The notes below the pieces were generated by a model that was not told where the DNA came from, made no database searches, and saw only the letters and a list, made by a program, of their open reading frames with translations. Shown here piece by piece: positions 22,433 to 29,590 of a stretch of 29,590 bases of DNA. The stretch comes from Macrostomum lignano (lineage: Eukaryota), in the NCBI GenBank assembly GCA_002269645.1, contig NIVC01004979.1, forward strand, positions 1-29,590. The letters run 5' to 3'. The stretch's first letter is position 1. Every line of letters begins with the position of its first letter. The position numbers and the translations under genes were made by a program.

Positions 22433-24153
22433 CTGGGTTATGGGGTGGGTTAAATGCTTTTGAATTCATTGTACAGACTTCTCTCTCCCTCTCTCCCACA
22501 CTGTACACTGAATGTACATAAAGCAGTCAATCTGTCGTCCCCCTAGGCCCTTCTTTCCAAACCAACCCCCCAATTTACACCCTGCCCCCTTGTTTCGCGT
22601 ACATTGATGTACACAGCGTCTGCCATATTAAGCTTCTTGGGTCTAAGCTCTCGATCATCATCTTCTCTTTTGTCAATTTCATGCCATCGTTTTTGTGTGC
22701 GTCATGGTTAAAGTACATGAACCAAACAGACTCTTTCTGACTTTTTTCGAATCGATTGAAATAAAATGTTAGAAAATTTTGGTCGATTTTATGTCAAGAA
22801 TTCATGCAGTACCGTCATTTCAATATTAAACTAGGATGGGAGATCTGCATCGTTGAAAATTACCACAGGACGAAAAGGCGTTGATGAAGCAAATGAAATT
22901 TACTTCGCAAAAAGCGAAAGAGCTGCGTAATTAACAGAGGAACGGAGGAGCCAAAATGAGCTTCAAGCAGACTACTTTTTCACGCCAGCTTGGCTTAGCT
23001 AGGCTTGACTTGACTTTTCACTCATTAGTGTTCCAGGCGGTCCCGATTCTCAGTTACTCTGCTTCTTTCCTTGAAGCTCAGTGAGGATTCAGGAAGACTT
23101 TTGCTGCTATTCTATTCTGCTGAAAAAACACACAAACTTCCAGAGCAAATAAAATGAGCCCTCGTGCTTGAATTAACTTGAGTTGAGAGATTTAAAGAGA
23201 AAAGGCAGACGAGGGAGAAGACTGGTAGCTCGTAGCGGCAGAGTGAGATGCGGCTGCTTCTCAGGACTTCTCCTAAGCTGAGTGAAGAGTTCTTAATTGC
23301 TGCTCCATCCGTCACGCCAGTTGGGTATAGCAAATGGCACTTCAACTTGACGATGGTAGCTTTGTTCAAGACAGCCGCTCGCTCCCGGTCCTCTCTCCTT
23401 CATCTTTATACACCAGCTCCCGTTCCTCGCCCGATTCCAGCGTCCGTGCTTCATCCTACTTCATCGCGACTCATAAAAATCGTCTTTACTGACGATCAAT
23501 CGATCCTGACAGACGGAACTTTGCATTCTGAGTAGTCAGAGGCTGTGACAGGAATTTTTTGTAGAGCCAAGTGCTACAGCAGGCGTCTAAGTCTTGGAAT
23601 CGAACACACCCGGGTTCGATTCCGCTCGATACGCGGAAACTGACCTGAGCCTTGTTAGAAGTACCGAGCTGGACGTTATCGTACGATTCACACTACCCAT
23701 GAGGGCCAACCCCCGAGGCACAGAAAGTGTACATGACTGACGATTGGAAAGTCGTCGCAGTCGAAAGAATTGCCGCATCGCTGGTTGTGTGACCATGTCG
23801 CTGAAGGTGTTGCGCCAGGGTGCACCCTTTTGTGCAAATATCTGTTATACTTTTATGCCCCGGATCCTAACCTTACTTCAAGAATATTTGATATGAGACG
23901 CAAAAAGTTGTTTTCGAGAACGGCCGACAAGCAAACTTATAATTCCTTCGCTCAGCCGGGCAATTTTCGCATAATTTTTCTCTCCTCAAGAGCTCTGTAA
24001 TTCTTGTCTCTTGTCTTTAAATTATACTCCTCGACGCACTTCAAAACGACAGTCGATCCGCAGCCAGAATAGAAGCAAGGGGTTTTGCCCATTCCGCCAC
24101 CCCCGAGCATGCGGGTGCACGCGGACGAGTACGCAGTCACGCACTCGCGCATA

Positions 24154-25105
24154 CAGTAGGCACGCTTTGGGGGCTCTTCAATGCGGCTTGAGTTGCCCAG
24201 CCTAATGACCAGTAGGCACGCTTTGGGGGCTCTGCAATGCGGCTTGAGTTGCCCAGCCTAATGACCAGTAGGCACGCTTTGGGGGCTCTTCAATGCGGCT
24301 TGAGTTGCCCAGCCTAATGACCAGTAGGCACGCTTTGGGGGCTCTTCAATGCGGCTTGAGTTGCCCAGCCTAATGACCAGTAGGCACGCTTTGGGGGCTC
24401 TTCAATGCGGCTTGAGTTGCCCAGCGTAATGACCAGTAGGCACGCTTTGGGGGCTCTTCAATGCGGCTTGAGTTGCCCAGCGTAATGACCAGTAGGCACG
24501 CTTTGGGGGCTCTTCAATGCGGCTTGAGTTGCCCAGCCTAATGACCAGTAGGCACGCTTTGGGGGCTCTGCAATGCGGCTTGAGTTGCCCAGCCTAATGA
24601 CCAGTAGGCACGCTTTGGGGGCTCTTCAATGCGGCTTGAGTTGCCCAGCCTAATGACCAGTAGGCACGCTTTGGGGGCTCTTCAATGCGGCTTGAGTTGC
24701 CCAGCCTAATGACCAGTAGGCACGCTTTGGGGGCTCTTCAATGCGGCTTGAGTTGCCCAGCCTAATGACCAGTAGGCACGCTTTGGGGGCTCTTCAATGC
24801 GGCTTGAGTTGCCCAGCGTAATGACCAGTAGGCACGCTTTGGGGGCTCTTCAATGCGGCTTGAGTTGCCCAGCGTAATGACCAGTAGGCACGCTTTGGGG
24901 GCTCTTCAATGCGGCTTGAGTTGCCCAGCCTAATGACCAGTAGGCACGCTTTGGGGGCTCTTCAATGCGGCTTGAGTTGCCCAGCCTAATGACCAGTAGG
25001 CACGCTTTGGGGGCTCTGCAATGCGGCTTGAGTTGCCCAGCCTAATGACCAGTAGGCACGCTTTGGGGGCTCTTCAATGCGGCTTGAGTTGCCCAGCCTA
25101 ATGAC
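24154..25105 (+). repeat. 56-bp tandem satellite, exactly 17 copies, intronic to SCHIP1
   Basis: Unit CAGTAGGCACGCTTTGGGGGCTCTTCAATGCGGCTTGAGTTGCCCAGCCTAATGAC; 952 bp = 17 x 56; only two variable positions. Confidence 0.97.
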
Positions 25106-25214
25106 AGCCGATTTTGTAATCAACTTTCGTCAGCAATGTTTAATCAGAGCTCGTTCTCGAGTCGCTGTCGTCGCTGAGCAGACACCTGTCAACGCCGCGG
25201 CTTGGTTGGCCTAC

Positions 25215-25355
25215 CTGGCTCTGCTCCGGCGCGTAGATCCATCGCACGCTGCTCAGTCCGAGCATGTCGGCCGGTCCGAGCCACAGCTCGCCAATGGCGG
25301 CCAAGAACCCGTAGCCGCTGTTGATGCCGCCTGCTCTGCGCGGGTCCAGCTGCAT
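25215..25355 (-). CDS. Candidate alternative first coding exon of SCHIP1 (MQLDPRRAGG...YAPEQSQ)
   Basis: ATG at 25355; 47 codons to donor CAG|GTAGGC. Phase 0 fits the 22432 acceptor. GC-rich upstream region. No homology recognised. Confidence 0.4.
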
Positions 25356-26696
25356 GGCAGGCAGCCCAGGCAGCGAGCGGACAGGCGGGCGGGCGGCCGG
25401 TCGGAGGGAAAGCTGGCCAAGCCGCGCGTCCTGCTGCTACTTTTCTGTCTGTAGCAGCGATCGGGGAGATTGGGAGGGGAGGAGCAGCTTTGCCGGCCGG
25501 GGATTCGGCGGGCGGGAGAAGAGAAAGAGCATGGGGATCATGGGTCGAGATTATTATTGGGGAGAAAGACGAGTTTGCAAACGAAACTGAATGAGGGGAG
25601 CGGAGCGGGTGAAGGCCGGTTGTTCCGGCCTAGAGAGAGAGGGAAGTTTATGCACGCTTGATGGCGGCCGCGTCTGGGCCAGCCTTCGATGCTGATTAGG
25701 AAGTTTCGTCGGTTCCTTGGAACTTTTTAGGGAAGTGAAAAAATGGTTGAAACTTGTTGGGCTTATTGGGCATCCGTAGCTCAGTGTTCCACAAGAATTC
25801 AACAGAAATGAATGCGGAAGACGTGGAGTTCTTGGCCTGGAATCCGGAATGGAGAACTCTGGAGAGAGAAATCCAGACATTGGGCTTCACACTCCCAGAT
25901 ATTGCAAAGCAGAAAGGATACAAGATAAGTAGAAGAAGCAGCGCAGAAAGCGAAGCGGCTGCGGATTATGAATTGATAAACAGTTCCGGGCTCACTGGAA
26001 CTTTTGGAGGGGCCAAAAAAAGCAGCGGCAGTCGAAAAATCGCAATGCAATTTTGTGTGCGCGAGGATCTGCGCTCCCAACCCTTGGTCGCTTCCTTCTC
26101 CGTCTCAGTGTTTTTTTGCCCCGTCGGCTGCAACGGGAACCAGGGCTGAGAAAAAGTTTCTAGGGAATGCCATCGCAGCTCGCCCCATAGTGGGAGAGAC
26201 AGATCAAACCTCCTCTTCTATTGCAGCAATTCAGTCAACTGTACGAGCGCACAGAACTTCTCTTCCTTCTCCAGCTCCGTCGGTCCTTCGGGCGGACGAA
26301 AATATTCCCAGTTTCTTTTCGCAAGTTGGAAGATGCAACAGCGACTCAGACAGTCGGATCCCATGGGGGGGGTCTATACTTTAGGGTTCAAGCACGGTCG
26401 GTAAGGCTTGAAGGAGAAGATTTACTAAGCTTCTCAGGCGGTTCAGAACCAATTGTGTTGAAAATTTTTCATTAATATTCTTTCCATAGTCGATTCAGTG
26501 CACCAAAAATAGCCGAGAAGTTATTGATTGCAAAATTTCTTTAAACAGAAATCTCCCTAAAATAGTTGAAAACGCTTATCCCAGTTTGCACTACTGTAGG
26601 AATAAGCAACAGTAGTATCATAAGAAAATTGGTTTTAAAATGAGTATTAACCCCAGTTCCTCAGTCCCCACCAGGCCTGCTCTCCGCCGAACTCAC

Positions 26697-27672
26697 CCTC
26701 CTCAGCGGCACAGCTGCCGACTCGCCATCGGCAGCAGCTCCAGCTGCCGCGGCAGTTAGCGAGCCGTGCCCGGCAGCGAAGAGACCCGCCAGCCGCTGCT
26801 GCCGCTGCTCGCGAGCCTCCGGCGCCGTCAGCATGGTCAGCGGCACCGGCACCAGGCTGTAGGTCTCGCCAGTCGTTTCTTCACCTTGTTCAGCATCTCC
26901 AGCCTCATCGCCCACGGTTCCGTCTTCATCATCCTCGTCGTCCTCATCCTCGGAGCCGGCGCAACCCAGCCGGTGCAGGTTGAACGGCAGGGCGCGGGCG
27001 TTGCGCCGCTTCAGCTCGGCGAACTCCTGCGCCAGGCTGAGCAGGTTGGCCTTCCGCTCCTCCCGCCTGGCCTCCTCGGCCGCCTCCTGCGGGTCTTCCG
27101 GCTGAGAGGCACCGCCGCCGCCGTCACCGCGCAACGACGACGCCGGCTGTTGAGCTCGACGCTGCGGCGAGGAAGTCGTCGAGGACGTCGGCTGCAGCGT
27201 CCACGACGACGTCGGAGTCGGTGGCGACGCTGGGGGATGCAGCTTGGGCCGGAGCAGGGCGTCCTGGCTGGCCAGCTGCTCCTTCATCAGCTTGCCGACC
27301 TCGCCCATGAGCTCGGAGCAGTCAGACATGATGGAGAGCGAGTCAGCCTCTTTCAGCTGTTCCAGTCGGCGGCTGCGCAGCGGAGTTGCCGAGGCCGCCG
27401 TTGGAACGTCGCTGGCCGCAGCGCCGCCCAGGTTGTCCTCGGTGTTGGAGGCGGAGACGCGCATCCAGTCGCTGAAGGAGTTGGAGTTGCGCATGATGTC
27501 GCTGCTGAAGCAGCTGCTGATGCTGGCGGTCATGTAGCCGGAAGTGGCCAGGGTTCGCTGGGCCACCTCCTCCTCGGCCGCCTCCTGATCGATCGGCCAG
27601 CAGCGACTGCTCGCGCCGATGCCGCCGCTGACACCCCGGTAGCCGCGGTACCGTCGCCAGGCTCGTTGAATT
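26697..27672 (-). CDS. IQ-motif exon (IQRAWRRYRGYR...) of a probable IQCJ-SCHIP1-like isoform, 5'-partial
   Basis: Acceptor TTTTCACCGTAG|A at 27673/27672. IQ motif starts at 27671, upstream of and in frame with the ORF-track ORF. Donor AGG|GTGAGT at 26697/26696, phase 0, compatible with exon 22432. Confidence 0.65.
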
Positions 27673-28556
27673 CTACGGTGAAAATAGTGAGCGATATATT
27701 CAGTTAAAATGCGAACTATGCTACTGAATTTATCGATTTATCAGTAGGCAACAGAGAATATTTATTAGTTCACATTTTTAACTACTATTGAAAAAATTGA
27801 AATAGCGGGCAAATTGAAGCAAATCTTTGCAAAATCCATTTAAGAGGAACCGAAATGTATTTTGAGCCTTGTGAGTGCGCCTTAGACAAAACACCGATAT
27901 TTGCAAATCGGAAATCCAGAAGATTAGAAATTGTGAATTTAGTGCTAAGAAACTGCAAGCTTCCTTTCTCGCAGGCGTCGCTTTGAGAGCAGCTCTGGAG
28001 CACCCTGAGACTGTCTTGAAAAAAAGTTAATTGCGCAACTTGCAAGCTGCAAGCCACCGGGAAAGCGAAAGCTGTAGCTAGTAGAAGTTTCCAAGGAGAA
28101 AAGTTTCTCAATATTGTTCAACAGGCAGCGCATGATTGATAGGTTCTGGGCCACTTTGGGTGCAGCTCGCTCCCAAACTCCCAGGAGGCTCGCGCACCAG
28201 TTTTCCTTCGCGTCAGGACTTTTTCCAGCGAAGAAGAATAAGTTTTCCCTGGGATGTGGCAGCCCGCAAACTCAGCTGTCTCAAGACTATGTTTGGGATT
28301 TTTTAATTGTCAACAAGAGAGGCTAGCGGCTCTGCGCATGTTTTTTGTGTGTACTTTTCGTGCTCCATCGGTGCTTCGGAATATTAATGAGTGTGTAGAG
28401 TCTGGCGGATTGCAGAAATTCTCCATTTCCTCGATTTCAGCTCATAACACATTTTGTTCAGTTCATCACGTTTTGGAGTTTGCACCGCACTAAAGACTGG
28501 ATCGCGCAAGGCCGCTCGCAAAAAACCTTTTTGGGGCCTGTTTATCGGGATTGCCC

Positions 28557-29590
28557 AGTTCCTGTTGTTGGCCTCAGTTCCTGTTGTTGACTGCCTAGTT
28601 CCTGTTGTTGGTTGCCTAGTTCCTGTTGTTGACAGCCTAGTTCCTGTTGTTGGTGCCTAGTTCCTGTTGTTGACTGCCTAGTTCCTGTTGTTGGTTGCCC
28701 AGTTCCTGTTGTTGACTGCCTAGTTCCTGTTGTTGGTTGCCTAGTTCCTGTTGTTGGTTGCCTAGTTCCTGTTGTTGGCTGCCTAGTTCCTGTTGTTGGT
28801 TGCCTAGTTCCTGTTGTTGGCTGCTCAGTTCCTGTTGTTGACAGCCTAGTTCCTGTTGTTGGTTGCCTAGTTCCTGTTGTTGACTGCCTAGTTCCTGTTG
28901 TTGACTGCCTAGTTCCTGTTGTTGGTTGCCTAGTTCCTGTTGTTGACTGCCTAGTTCCTGTTGTTGGTTGCCTAGTTCCTGTTGTTGACTGCTCAGGTTC
29001 CTGTCGTTGGTTGCTCAGTTCCTGTTGTTGGTTGCTCAGTTCCTGTTGTTGGTTGCTCAGTTCCTGTTGTTGGTTGCTCAGTTCCTGTTGTTGGTTGCCT
29101 AGTTCCTGTTGTTGGCTGCTCAGTTCCTGTTTTTGACAGCCTAGTTCCTGTTGTTGGTTGCCTAGTTCCTGTTGTTGATTGCCCAGTTCCTGTTGTTGAT
29201 TGCCCAGTTCCTGTTGTTGATTGCCCAGTTCCTGTTTTTGGCTGCTCAGTTCCTGTGGTTGGCCGCCTAGTTCCTGTTGTTGGCCGCCTAGTTCCTGTTG
29301 TTGGTTGCCTAGTTCCTGTTGTTGGTTGCCTCAGTTCCTGTTGTTGGTTGCTCAGTTCCTGTTGTTGGTTGCCTAGTTCCTGTTGTTGGTTGCTCAGTTC
29401 CTGTTGTTGGTTGCTCAGTTCCTGTTGTTGGTTGCCTAGTTCCTGTTGTTGGTTGCCTAGTTCCTGTTGTTGGCCACCTAGTACCTGTTGTTGGTTGCCT
29501 AGTTCCTGTTGTTGGCTGCTCAGTTCCTGTTGTTGACAGCCTAGTTCCTGTTGTTGGTTGCCTAGTTCCTGTTGTTGACTGCCTAGTTCC
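28557..29590 (+). repeat. 21-bp minisatellite (AGTTCCTGTTGTTGGTTGCCT), about 49 copies, runs off the window end
   Basis: Read directly; near-constant AGTTCCTGTTGTTG with a variable tail. Confidence 0.97.

Noticed and set aside
22900-23860. Additional SCHIP1 exons
   Set aside because: I tried several minus-strand frames; none had both good splice sites and family motifs.
24154-25105. CRISPR array
   Set aside because: Units are contiguous and near-identical with no unique spacers; eukaryotic context and no cas genes.
26766-27707. 313-aa plus-strand ORF
   Set aside because: Antisense shadow of the IQ exon.
28557-29590. CRISPR-like constant/variable pattern and the 184-aa VPVVGC ORF
   Set aside because: Variation is only point substitution. 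The ORF arises because 21 is a multiple of 3, and the frame shifts at indels.

Overview
Eukaryotic (metazoan) genomic DNA with GC-rich exons, AT-rich spacers and many minisatellites. The style suggests a flatworm such as Macrostomum, but that is inference only. Contents: (1) 3' part of an AJM1 (apical junction molecule/C9orf172)-like gene with a MYND-type zinc finger, split by a one-base frame offset near 1200. (2) A ~1.9 kb foldback-type element whose inverted arms are 14/15-bp minisatellites, with a 7-8 bp target-site duplication, a nested MITE and a Helitron-like 3' end. (3) Three intronless, divergent TRPV-like channel genes arranged <- -> <-. They are a mosaic of near-identical ankyrin and pore blocks around a highly variable S1-S4 sensor/extracellular-loop block; the middle copy has three frameshifts. 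(4) A spliced minus-strand SCHIP1 gene that the ORF track does not show as a unit. I reconstructed six SCHIP1 exons plus a phase-compatible upstream IQ-motif exon (IQCJ-SCHIP1-like) and a candidate alternative first exon. (5) 18-, 21- and 56-bp tandem arrays. No CRISPR, rRNA or intact tRNA is supported. All protein assignments come from motifs recalled from memory, not from database searches.
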